DNA of 64,000 bases, taken from the IMG/VR virus record IMGVR_UViG_3300045684_000050, positions 1 to 64,000 of that record; one strand, written 5' to 3'. The translations under genes were made by a program, and so were the position numbers. Under the pieces are notes generated by a model. It had not been told where the DNA came from. It did not search any database and saw nothing but the letters and a program-made list of their open reading frames with translations. Below, one piece after another: positions 52,924 through 62,146 of the stretch. Each line of letters begins with the position of its first letter. The stretch's first letter is position 1. Origin of the DNA: a virus.

Positions 52924-55581
52924 TTATTGGATTCCAGTTTTTTTATTAATACTATCGAAAAAATCTATATCTGATACAGGATCAGACGCTAACACAGGAC
53001 CAACATTAGATGTTGTATTACCACTAACTAATTGATCATAATAAACCAAAGCATTCTCAATCAATGGATTAGTTTTTTTAGGGAGCCCATCACTTTTTCT
53101 AGCACTACCATGCCATTTCTTTTTACTCAATCCTTTATTTAAATCAAATCCATCTAAAAATGTAGTCTCATCTCCGACACCTGACTTTGGTAACTTTTTA
53201 CCAGGTGCCTTAACAGTAGTTTCATATTGACCTAGAACCCTTTGCATCACATCTTCTTTTGTAATACCGTTCTCTATCATTTTAACTGCAAGCAATTTAG
53301 CACCTGCATCTAATTGTGCATCAGTCCACGTTTCATATGTACCTCTTTTAGGATCTATCTGTAAAGCCTCAAACTCTATTCCAAGGAAATTTGCATTGAT
53401 ATCATTACTACCTTTATATTTAGCTAAATGTTTTCCTTTTCCACCTCCATGATGTGCAACTAAATCATCATTAACTAACTGTATTATATTTCCAGACTTT
53501 GTAACTAAGTAATGGGCAGAAGTGCTGCTGTCTTTTGTAAATGTATCTAATGCACTGGCACTACTTGATCCGGTCTCATGAATCATTATACCATATTTCT
53601 TAGTGCTTAAATCTGGATTAATAACTTTACCTCCAGAACTTCTTCCTAAATTAGTTTTAGGAACACTATCAGCATAACTATTTATTGTTATAAAGTCACT
53701 AGGAATACTAACATCTTTCGTAGAATTATATAACTCTAAAATGCGATTCCTTTCATTAAAAAACCTCTGCTCTACATGTGGATGCTTTCTAATTACACTG
53801 TTATATGCCTTTACTTTTTGATTAGCAAAATCTACAGCAAATTCTCCACTGTTAGTATACGTCTTTTTAGGTAAACCTTCTAAAGCTTTTTTAAATGATA
53901 CAGGACCCTGATTGTAAGAACCAAACAGAATATCACCAATTACAGGAGACATAACAGATCCTAAATTAACCCCTAAATCATTCAAAACAGTCTCAACTTT
54001 TGGGACTACTTTATTTACAACAAAATCATCTTGTAATCTAGCAAATCCTCCAAAATTTGCATCCGTTGAATCATTGAACCACTTATCTATATCATCGTCA
54101 TGTCCTGATATAGGTCTTCCGTATCCATTCTCTTCAGCATAATTAATAAATTCGTCTAACTTGCCACTCTCCCTATTAAATTGATATAACCCCCAGGAGT
54201 CCTCTTGCTCACCTGTATCCGGATTTATTATTTGACTTCTCATCGCTGGGTTTAAAACAGATCCACTTTCTGCACCTATTGTAATTGGAAATGTTAAATC
54301 ATCAATAGTGAAAGTATTACCACTTCTATTCTCAATAACTTCACCTGTACCAGTACTTGATGTTGCTAATTGGTTATTTGCTTTTTTTTTATTATTACTA
54401 TTGCTAAAGGTAGTAGCTCCTAATTCTTCCTCAATAACCTGATCTATTGCATCTCCATTGGCTCCTGCACCAGCCTTCTTAAATGGAATAAATATTCTGG
54501 TCGTCTTGTCAGGATCAGAACCATATTCTAATTCTATCCCTCCATCTACATCTCTAATTTTCTTGAAATTAGCCTTCGCATAACCAAATACATCATTTTG
54601 GAAATTAGTGAAATCTACATTAGGATATAACCTAGAAAATGCATCTGTCTGAACCAATGCCCTTTTCTCTCCTTCTGTTAAGTTCTCTCCACTTCTACCT
54701 CTACTGTTATTCCTACTGGCTAAATCAGCTTCAGCTTGAGTAGTAGTAACTCTCCTAGATGCATAATTATCAATAACTTCATTCAGGTAATTATTAATTA
54801 CCGTTTTATCATTAGGATCTCCATACTCAGAATTAGTAGCTATCAACGCTTTTAAATTGTTGTTGAATGCAGGACTATTTCTTAATTGATCAGTAAACCG
54901 AGATACAATGCCTTTTACTTGTTCACTATTTAGATTGACTCCAGTAGTCTCATCAACAAAAACATATCCATTTGGCCCCTGCCTAATATCTAGTCCTAAT
55001 TGCTCAACAAAACTATTCAATCTGTCTCCTACTACCTGATCTACATCCATGCTCTGGAATGGAGCCGTAGATAATGATAGATCTCCTCTTTCCTTCTTGG
55101 TAGTATTGTAATAATTTAAAAGCTCTCCCCTAGCTAATGTAGCCAATCCACTATTTACACCCTGCAAATCAGATATATGAGTCTTTAATTCATCAGCCTT
55201 TTGTTGATCATTAATTACATCAATAAAATCTGCATCTTTTAACATGCCTTGGACACCTTTTTGGATAAAAGAAACCTTTGCAGGATTACTCAAATCCTCA
55301 ATACCTAATGATATGTCATCCTCATGGACACCATATTTTTTCTTCAAATCATTAATTACTGATCTCTGATGATCATTGTCAAGTCTTAATCCCAATACAG
55401 TATCAAAACTTTCAGCAACAGTAGAGAAACCTTCCTCTATCTGATTTAATGTTAACTCTCTGGAATTGGAAATACGATCACTGAAATTTAATAACTGATC
55501 TACCGGTATTACCGTATTCGATTGTCCAGGTACATATTGTCTTTGTCCTGCACCAAAACTTTTAAAGACGTCGTAGGGCAT
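52924..55581 (-). CDS. Virion/ejection protein with lysozyme-like and Amidase_2 peptidoglycan-hydrolase domains (885 aa)
   Basis: IGAESG...SWGLYQF; IMIHETG...SAHYLV..SGNIIQLV......HHGG...NFLGIEFE...TDAQLDA. Confidence 0.8.
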   Translation of the reverse strand: MPYDVFKSFGAGQRQYVPGQSNTVIPVDQLLNFSDRISNSRELTLNQIEEGFSTVAESFDTVLGLRLDNDHQRSVINDLKKKYGVHEDDISLGIEDLSNPAKVSFIQKGVQGMLKDADFIDVINDQQKADELKTHISDLQGVNSGLATLARGELLNYYNTTKKERGDLSLSTAPFQSMDVDQVVGDRLNSFVEQLGLDIRQGPNGYVFVDETTGVNLNSEQVKGIVSRFTDQLRNSPAFNNNLKALIATNSEYGDPNDKTVINNYLNEVIDNYASRRVTTTQAEADLASRNNSRGRSGENLTEGEKRALVQTDAFSRLYPNVDFTNFQNDVFGYAKANFKKIRDVDGGIELEYGSDPDKTTRIFIPFKKAGAGANGDAIDQVIEEELGATTFSNSNNKKKANNQLATSSTGTGEVIENRSGNTFTIDDLTFPITIGAESGSVLNPAMRSQIINPDTGEQEDSWGLYQFNRESGKLDEFINYAEENGYGRPISGHDDDIDKWFNDSTDANFGGFARLQDDFVVNKVVPKVETVLNDLGVNLGSVMSPVIGDILFGSYNQGPVSFKKALEGLPKKTYTNSGEFAVDFANQKVKAYNSVIRKHPHVEQRFFNERNRILELYNSTKDVSIPSDFITINSYADSVPKTNLGRSSGGKVINPDLSTKKYGIMIHETGSSSASALDTFTKDSSTSAHYLVTKSGNIIQLVNDDLVAHHGGGKGKHLAKYKGSNDINANFLGIEFEALQIDPKRGTYETWTDAQLDAGAKLLAVKMIENGITKEDVMQRVLGQYETTVKAPGKKLPKSGVGDETTFLDGFDLNKGLSKKKWHGSARKSDGLPKKTNPLIENALVYYDQLVSGNTTSNVGPVLASDPVSDIDFFDSINKKTGIQ

Positions 55582-55583
55582 CG

Positions 55584-57491
55584 TTATCTTTTTAGGTTGT
55601 TTAACTTGTCTGTATATTGCTGTGCAGCATCTTTGAATTGCTTTAACCTTCTTAAAGCTAAATCTCTGTCAGCAGCAGTTTGAGCATTAATAACATCAAG
55701 TGTTAATCGCTGAGAAGATATATTGGAAAGATTTTGACCTACTTCTGAATCTATCTGCCTAGATACTAAATCTTCATTTAATAATCTCTGATTCTTACTA
55801 TTTATATAATTTCCTAAAATCTGAGATCCTTGAGCTATTTTCTGATTTACTTCTTTTCTGCTTTGTTCGTCAGCAGCAGCTAATTGGCCTTGATTGAAAT
55901 CATTGACATTAGCTAGCTCATTATATTTTGCCTGCTCTTGTTGTCTATTGAAAATCGCTAGATTTTCCCTGGTGCCTGCAGACCTATTTAACAATCTAGA
56001 AAATAAAATAGGAGCTACTGATGCAGCTACACCTTCAGCCCCCTGAAAACTCTTTACTATATTTTCTCCTTGGCCTAATATAGCATCAGATTGAGCACTT
56101 ATTTGCTGAGGAGTAAAACCCCTAAATCTTTCTTCAATAAATTCAGGTCTTCTAAGTCTTACCTTTGGAGTTGTACTCTGAGCACCTAAAGCTACAGTGC
56201 TACCTACCAATGATATCAAATCATTAGATCCTAGCATGCTAAATATATCTCTATTTTGTTGTTGCCTTTGCTCTCCATTAACAACCACAGCCTGAGCATC
56301 TTGATCTAAGATATCATTTGATCTCTCAAGCAAATTATCTAATCCACTGCCTGACAAACCTAGTGAATCTAATATATCATTTATATTCCCGGATCCAGCA
56401 CTGGCAGCAGCTGTAGAATTCCCTTCTCTTTGAATTAGAGGTGCCATCTGAGTTATAGTATCTGCTCCTTGATCAGAAGTAAAAGAACCATTAGATTGAC
56501 TTGTCAATTCATTAAGTAAATTTGGATCACCTAATACTTGCAATAAATTATTCCTGATAAATAAATCATTTAATGGCAATCCACCTAACAAATATTGACC
56601 TATTGGGGTTATATCCTGATAATCTAATTCTATATCACCTTTAGCCTGTTCATTCGAAGCTAATAATGCTTGAATAGGAAGTCTCCTGCCCCTAATGTTC
56701 TCTTTGTTTGTAACATCATCAAGATAACTAAGACCTCTTTTTTGGTCCTTTACCTTAAATTTCCTTCTTATTGTCTTTCCTGCATCAGCAATAGTCTCGT
56801 CACTCTCATTAACATAATCACTTAGCTCTATAGGCTCAGCCTTATAATTGCCTTTCCCTTCTTCATATACAGGAGTAGAATAACCTATAGTTCTATCACG
56901 ATTCTTTTGTGAAAGTTTAAGTTTATTGGAAAGTATATAATCGCCTGCAGATGCAAAATCAGTAACCTTGTTTTTTGACATATCACTATGCATTTCATCT
57001 GAATGCACATCAACTAAACTACCATCCTCCCTGACCATTATTTCATTGTATTCAGCCTGAATAGGAGCAATAATGCCAGATAATTCATCGCCAGGAGCAA
57101 GATTCTCTACATCAATATATCCTCCCTTTCCAAATAATCCAGATCCATCACCTATAGATCTTGAATACAACCTATTTCTTGTCTCGATCCTGTCTCTCTC
57201 CATGTTATTATTCTCCTGTAACCCTCCAGTGATACCACCTAATATGGAGCCTAACAATCCCCCACCTAATCCACCAAGCAATCCAAACTGACCTAAACCT
57301 AATCCACCAAACTGCAAAGCACCTCCAACAGCACCAGCTTCAGAAGTAGCATTGTCGCCTACATTTGTATTTAAAATTGCTTGCCCGGTAATCTGACCAA
57401 TAGATGAAGTACTATTCCTTAACCCATCTAAAAACTTTCGCAATCTTTTTCGTTCAAGATCCTGAACATTTCCAACGATATCCTTTGGCAT
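55584..57491 (-). CDS. Internal virion/ejection protein (635 aa)
   Basis: Gly-rich membrane-like segment GGLLGSILGGITGG, Q/N-rich helical C-terminal half; located in the cargo-gene block. Confidence 0.6.
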   Translation of the reverse strand: MPKDIVGNVQDLERKRLRKFLDGLRNSTSSIGQITGQAILNTNVGDNATSEAGAVGGALQFGGLGLGQFGLLGGLGGGLLGSILGGITGGLQENNNMERDRIETRNRLYSRSIGDGSGLFGKGGYIDVENLAPGDELSGIIAPIQAEYNEIMVREDGSLVDVHSDEMHSDMSKNKVTDFASAGDYILSNKLKLSQKNRDRTIGYSTPVYEEGKGNYKAEPIELSDYVNESDETIADAGKTIRRKFKVKDQKRGLSYLDDVTNKENIRGRRLPIQALLASNEQAKGDIELDYQDITPIGQYLLGGLPLNDLFIRNNLLQVLGDPNLLNELTSQSNGSFTSDQGADTITQMAPLIQREGNSTAAASAGSGNINDILDSLGLSGSGLDNLLERSNDILDQDAQAVVVNGEQRQQQNRDIFSMLGSNDLISLVGSTVALGAQSTTPKVRLRRPEFIEERFRGFTPQQISAQSDAILGQGENIVKSFQGAEGVAASVAPILFSRLLNRSAGTRENLAIFNRQQEQAKYNELANVNDFNQGQLAAADEQSRKEVNQKIAQGSQILGNYINSKNQRLLNEDLVSRQIDSEVGQNLSNISSQRLTLDVINAQTAADRDLALRRLKQFKDAAQQYTDKLNNLKR

Positions 57492-57574
57492 ATAATAAAT
57501 TATTTTATAAAATAATTAAAATATTAAAACCTAAAGGTAGTCATTTTTAACCAAAAGTGAAAGGGTAACTTTTG

Positions 57575-58591
57575 TTATGATAGGCCAGTAAAAAGATGAT
57601 CGTCATAGATTTTCAGCCAATCCGGATAATTATGAGCACTACTCGATAGGAAGTTGTTATTTACATGGCCTCGTCTCATGAATGTTCCTAAAGCCATAGT
57701 TAGTTCATCGTAAGGTACATGGTATAAATCTCTCTCTGCAATGTTATGGGCATCGACCCATTCTTCCTTGTGTACTACAAATAAATTTCTATAGGTATTA
57801 TCCTTGAATATCCTATACATATGAGTATACATCTCTTTCAAAGCATAAGCAGTAACAGCACTAATAAAACTCTCTATTTGAGGAATCATTACAGTTCCAT
57901 CTTTATCCTTAGATTTACCTAGATAACTCAACAGAACTAATCCTTCTTTAAAATTAGTTTTAATTTTACCATTATAGATTTCGTATTCATAATCAGTACC
58001 TAAAGAATCATATAATCTAAGATTAAGACATTCATTAATATGAGAATCCTTCATATTGAAAAAAGGTGCCCTATTTGGTCTCATAAGGAAAAACCTCCGA
58101 TCATAAGGACTACACTTCTCTTTCTTTTCATTCTCCGAATATCCCCGGACATGTCTTGTTAACCAGTACTCTGTTCCTGAAGCTAACTCGTGCTGAAGAT
58201 GTTTAGACGCTAATACTACAGGATGATCACAATCATCTTTATCACATTTATCACAATTCTTAAATACTGTATATGTACAACCTTCAGTAGCTTTCTTCAT
58301 CCAACCCTGGATCTCTTTTCTCCAATGCATATGCCTTAACTTTTGATCAGTAGACCCACAAACCATAACAACACTATTGAATCCATCCGGAAGCTTTCCT
58401 TCCTTATTGTCAATATGAACAACAGTCACCATATGTTCCATCCATGACTTAGGCACCATTCGACTTACATAACCATCACAGACAGACTTTAAGAACATCT
58501 TTAAATTAGATACATACATCCTGTCATCTTCAGGAATTCGCATCATAATCTCAGCCAATATGCTGTCTAATGTAATTAACTTGTAGTCCAT
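57575..58591 (-). CDS. Probable tail ring/adaptor protein (crAss-like)
   Basis: VVHIDNKEGKLP, IKTNFKEG.V.LSY..., MIPQ pattern; gene position. Confidence 0.5.
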   Translation of the reverse strand: MDYKLITLDSILAEIMMRIPEDDRMYVSNLKMFLKSVCDGYVSRMVPKSWMEHMVTVVHIDNKEGKLPDGFNSVVMVCGSTDQKLRHMHWRKEIQGWMKKATEGCTYTVFKNCDKCDKDDCDHPVVLASKHLQHELASGTEYWLTRHVRGYSENEKKEKCSPYDRRFFLMRPNRAPFFNMKDSHINECLNLRLYDSLGTDYEYEIYNGKIKTNFKEGLVLLSYLGKSKDKDGTVMIPQIESFISAVTAYALKEMYTHMYRIFKDNTYRNLFVVHKEEWVDAHNIAERDLYHVPYDELTMALGTFMRRGHVNNNFLSSSAHNYPDWLKIYDDHLFTGLS

Positions 58592-58593
58592 GG

Positions 58594-59184
58594 CTAACTT
58601 TCTTCTAGTGCTTCAAAATCTTTAATGTATTTGTTCTTTATTTTTTCCTCTATGATATTTATCAACTTACGGTACCCTTTAGCTTCCTTATAACCCCTTG
58701 AAAAAGAAGAATGATAATTAGTATTATACATCCTATTAAATCCAGACTTTCTATGCTCTAAGAACATATTATATGTCCTGAAAAAAGAATCTAATGCTAG
58801 AACTGTTTTATTAACAAATACACCTTTCTTTTCGTCAAACATTTTTCCTCTAGCCCTTTTAAACCTTCGCTTTAATTTGCGAACAACAAACTTACCCCAT
58901 CCTGCAGGTAGATCTAAAAACTTATAAGACTCAGCCATCTCCTCCCAAAAATAAAACCCAATTCGCATTAATATCTTCTTATATAATCGAAATGATTTTA
59001 TCGCATTATTCCCATCCATATAACCTATATACCAGTAATAAAAACTTTTTAAAGGAACCCACCTTACAGCATATTTATCAATGGTGCCTTTGGATATTGC
59101 TTCCACCACCATTTTCTCAAACTTAATATGCGTCTCTAAGTCCGTCGTATTTTTATTATATTGATATAGTAAATCTAATGGCAT
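58594..59184 (-). CDS. Divergent HU/IHF-like basic protein
   Basis: KKIL..IG..FWEEM....FLDLPAGWGKFVVRK; position between ring genes as in crAss-like phages. Confidence 0.5.
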   Translation of the reverse strand: MPLDLLYQYNKNTTDLETHIKFEKMVVEAISKGTIDKYAVRWVPLKSFYYWYIGYMDGNNAIKSFRLYKKILMRIGFYFWEEMAESYKFLDLPAGWGKFVVRKLKRRFKRARGKMFDEKKGVFVNKTVLALDSFFRTYNMFLEHRKSGFNRMYNTNYHSSFSRGYKEAKGYRKLINIIEEKIKNKYIKDFEALEES

Positions 59185-59904
59185 CTATAAAGGATTTACC
59201 GTCTGTGAAGCATCTTTGTCATCTGACTTGACATCAGTAGCTAATGTTATATTCAATAAGCCAGCAAGTAACTGTATACATCTCTGGACAACCGACTCTT
59301 GATACTTAGGATCTAAGAAAAACTCTTGGTCTAAGAACTTACATATTGTCTTTTCATCACAAGTCTCATACTTAACTAAATCTAATGGATTCGTAAATGG
59401 GCCTTCTACACTTAATGTCTTTGGCTTCGCTCCTTCTCCATGCAACACATATAAACTTTTCTTACCGGCACGATCTTTTATACTGTAAATATTGCCAGAT
59501 GAAATAAATGACTTTCTCGATCCAGAAAACATAGATAAGTCTCCCCAATTGATAAAATCAAAATTGGTGCCATCAGGTAAAGTGATTTGCTTCAATTGAT
59601 CTCCTAAAAATTCCGGAAGATGCTTTTCAGACTTCATCCAGGTACATCCTACAGGAGGCAGACATGGACACTCATTTAAATCAACTTCACACATATGAAC
59701 ACAATCAAGAAAATATTGATCGATAGTTTCTCTAATTCCGGCCTTTAATTTAGTCTCTTGTTGATTAAAAATAACAGCATTCTTGACCATCATAAAAAAA
59801 CGATACACTAACATATTTGGAAGTGAAATTGCTCGCTGGGGATGCAAACTCTTATCCTCTAGTGGTAAGCGAATATCATCAATATATGATTGTATAGTCC
59901 TCAT
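59185..59904 (-). CDS. Tail tubular/ring protein (crAss-like)
   Basis: CVHMCEVD..ECPC.P..GC, SVEGPF.NP.DL, C..LDQEF pattern. Confidence 0.6.
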   Translation of the reverse strand: MRTIQSYIDDIRLPLEDKSLHPQRAISLPNMLVYRFFMMVKNAVIFNQQETKLKAGIRETIDQYFLDCVHMCEVDLNECPCLPPVGCTWMKSEKHLPEFLGDQLKQITLPDGTNFDFINWGDLSMFSGSRKSFISSGNIYSIKDRAGKKSLYVLHGEGAKPKTLSVEGPFTNPLDLVKYETCDEKTICKFLDQEFFLDPKYQESVVQRCIQLLAGLLNITLATDVKSDDKDASQTVNPL

Positions 59905-59958
59905 TTATCTTTTACGTTTACCCTTCTTCTTTGGATTTTTATTCTTGTTTTTTCCCAT
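59905..59958 (-). CDS. Tiny basic peptide MGKNKNKNPKKKGKRKR (17 aa)
   Basis: Fills the intergenic gap; stop abuts the next ATG. Confidence 0.45.
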   Translation of the reverse strand: MGKNKNKNPKKKGKRKR

Positions 59959-59968
59959 GCCATAATTT

Positions 59969-60478
59969 CTATATTTTAGTAGCCAATAAATATCCAGCGG
60001 CCCCCGGAACTAAATACTTTAGCTTCAAAGGACCAAACCCAAAACTAATAATATTTTCAAAAACAGATTTCCTTTTTAATTGCTTGACTTCTAACTCTAA
60101 CTTTTCAATCAAGACATTAGACTCATTTATACTCTTTATGCTCATGTTATACATGGTAGCATATCTCTGAATTTGCATATCCTTCTCTTCAATCTGCATT
60201 CTTAGATTGTCCTTGATATTCACCAAAGACCCTACTACTAAGCTATCTGACTCTATCTGTTTGCCTAATGAAGCAATATACTTATAATTCTGCTCTATCT
60301 CATTCTTGAGCAATGGATTCTCCTCCCATGCTTTATAAAGACTATGCACAACCCAATCATCCAATACAAAAGTCTTGGTCTTAGCTTGGTATAGTTTTAT
60401 TCCTACCTGTGAACTAATACTACTGGATAGTATCAGACTTGTAGAAAGTATTAATAAGATGTATCTCAAGCTCTGCAT
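59969..60478 (-). CDS. Spanin-like/secreted coiled-coil protein
   Basis: Signal peptide, coiled coil, overlap with the upstream gene in the lysis block. Confidence 0.5.
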   Translation of the reverse strand: MQSLRYILLILSTSLILSSSISSQVGIKLYQAKTKTFVLDDWVVHSLYKAWEENPLLKNEIEQNYKYIASLGKQIESDSLVVGSLVNIKDNLRMQIEEKDMQIQRYATMYNMSIKSINESNVLIEKLELEVKQLKRKSVFENIISFGFGPLKLKYLVPGAAGYLLATKI

Positions 60479-60845
60479 TATTATAGATTTTCTTTGACAT
60501 TAATTCTTCTCTAGCTGCTTTCATTTGATCTAGTGCTTTCGCTCTGGTCTTATTTGACCAAGCTAACTTCTTATTCCTGTCTATGTGCTCATCCAAATTT
60601 CTACTCAATACCTCATTCAAAATCTCCAAATCTGCAATCTCATTAGAGGTTACATTTATGCTATCTTGATATATTTCCAACACTTGATTAATTGAATCTA
60701 TGTATTGCTTATGCTTATCGATAGCTAACTCATTGTCACTTGTACGCGTAAAAAACCACCAATTCAATATAAAGCTACATATAAATAAGACACTAAGCAA
60801 TATTGTCTTATTGTATGATATAAATGCTAGTATTTTTTTAGCCAT
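60420..60845 (-). CDS. Inner-membrane spanin-like protein
   Basis: N-terminal TM helix plus coiled coil, following the endolysin. Confidence 0.55.
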   Translation of the reverse strand: MAKKILAFISYNKTILLSVLFICSFILNWWFFTRTSDNELAIDKHKQYIDSINQVLEIYQDSINVTSNEIADLEILNEVLSRNLDEHIDRNKKLAWSNKTRAKALDQMKAAREELMSKKIYNNAELEIHLINTFYKSDTIQ

Positions 60846-60847
60846 GG

Positions 60848-61387
60848 TTATTCTCCTATAAAATTAGTAATCGCATAAACAGTGCTCTTTGCCCTGATAC
60901 TTCTAAATATCCCATCATTACCATTGTCACCCATATCACTCGTATTGGCCTCCACCGTATATAGATAGTTGCCGTGACTTTTGAGATAAAGACCTACGTG
61001 ACCTATTCTACCTTTACTTTCTCTCCAATAAGTTACTGCGTCTCCTGGCTTCGCATCCGTAATCTTACCTCTTTTATTTTTCACGTAAACAGCTTCTGAC
61101 TTCTTAAACCACGAAGGGCTCCAAGCACTATTAGGATTATTAAGAATACCACACTCTCGATATATGTAAGATGTAAATAGAGCACAATAGGGGGTGCCTT
61201 TGCTAAATCCCATTGAACGCTGAAGTTTCTCTATAAAATCCCCATCATTATTATTCGTTTTCTCTCTTATACCAATATAGGTTTCTGCACATTCAATAAC
61301 ACATGATCTATCACTTGACTCATTTGCATAAACAGGTCCACATAATATAATAGACAATGCAATAAGAAACTTTGGCAATATTTTCAT
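60848..61387 (-). CDS. CHAP-domain endolysin with a signal peptide
   Basis: IGIREKT.NNDG, PYCALF, GDAVTY, GHVG, TVEANT. Confidence 0.85.
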   Translation of the reverse strand: MKILPKFLIALSIILCGPVYANESSDRSCVIECAETYIGIREKTNNNDGDFIEKLQRSMGFSKGTPYCALFTSYIYRECGILNNPNSAWSPSWFKKSEAVYVKNKRGKITDAKPGDAVTYWRESKGRIGHVGLYLKSHGNYLYTVEANTSDMGDNGNDGIFRSIRAKSTVYAITNFIGE

Positions 61388-61425
61388 CCTCCTTGGCTTT
61401 TAATTCACGGAATTCTTTAACATTA

Positions 61426-61433
61426 CAAAGATA
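61426..61433 (-). promoter_or_regulatory. Promoter box TATCTTTG upstream of the endolysin
   Basis: Exact TAnnTTTG in the holin-endolysin gap. Confidence 0.5.
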
Positions 61434-61442
61434 ATCTTTTTT

Positions 61443-61871
61443 CTATAATCCGGTTGGAGGTGAATTTAGAATCGCAAAAATTATTGAGAATAAAAAAACA
61501 ACAGAAATAGTCGCTCTTTGCCATCCTTCAAGCTCAGCAAACTGTCCATTAAATATCCCCTCAATGCCTTTATGGATAGAATTGAAACCTATAAATATGA
61601 ATACCCTGGCAAGCAAATATATCGTAAGAAACGACACCATCTTAGTTATCAATATTGAGATAACAGGTAATTGCAAATTATAAATTTCAACAGTTCCTGG
61701 ATCTGATCCGACATTTTCTAAATAATCCTTAAACCAATATAATCCTATAAATATTGTAAGTATTATGAACGTTGCAGGCAGCTCCTTTAGCTGTTTTAAT
61801 GTAGTCCATAAACTCCATTTCTCTTTCACTAATTTTTTCATTGAATCTATTTTTAATTTGTATTGTGCCAT
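61443..61871 (-). CDS. Holin-like membrane protein
   Basis: Three hydrophobic segments; directly upstream of the endolysin. Confidence 0.6.
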   Translation of the reverse strand: MAQYKLKIDSMKKLVKEKWSLWTTLKQLKELPATFIILTIFIGLYWFKDYLENVGSDPGTVEIYNLQLPVISILITKMVSFLTIYLLARVFIFIGFNSIHKGIEGIFNGQFAELEGWQRATISVVFLFSIIFAILNSPPTGL

Positions 61872-61969
61872 TTCCTGTGATTTTAGTTAATATTTGATAC
61901 ACTCAAGTATTTCTAAAACCGGAATTTAATATTGTTTTTAAATCCTATTTATGTTTAAGCTCATATCGC

Positions 61970-62137
61970 TTATATTATATTTGCATCTTGCGTTAGTCTA
62001 CCAAGAATATTGTTTACATTTACCAACGATCCTATACTGTTTGCGTTAGTGGCATCAATATCTGTCCCTTTTCTAAAACCCTTAAACTCCCCGTTGTAGA
62101 ACTTGATTCTAAGAAGATACTGTATCTTATGACTCAT
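61970..62137 (-). CDS. Small protein (55 aa) ending LTQDANII
   Basis: Not in the ORF track; ATG 10 nt after the fibre stop. Confidence 0.55.
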   Translation of the reverse strand: MSHKIQYLLRIKFYNGEFKGFRKGTDIDATNANSIGSLVNVNNILGRLTQDANII

Positions 62138-62146
62138 ATTACTTCA

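Noticed and set aside
57498-57517. Perfect 20-bp palindrome AATTATTTTATAAAATAATT
   Set aside because: A/T only, in an AT-rich intergenic gap; plausible by chance or a weak regulatory site, with no supporting copies.
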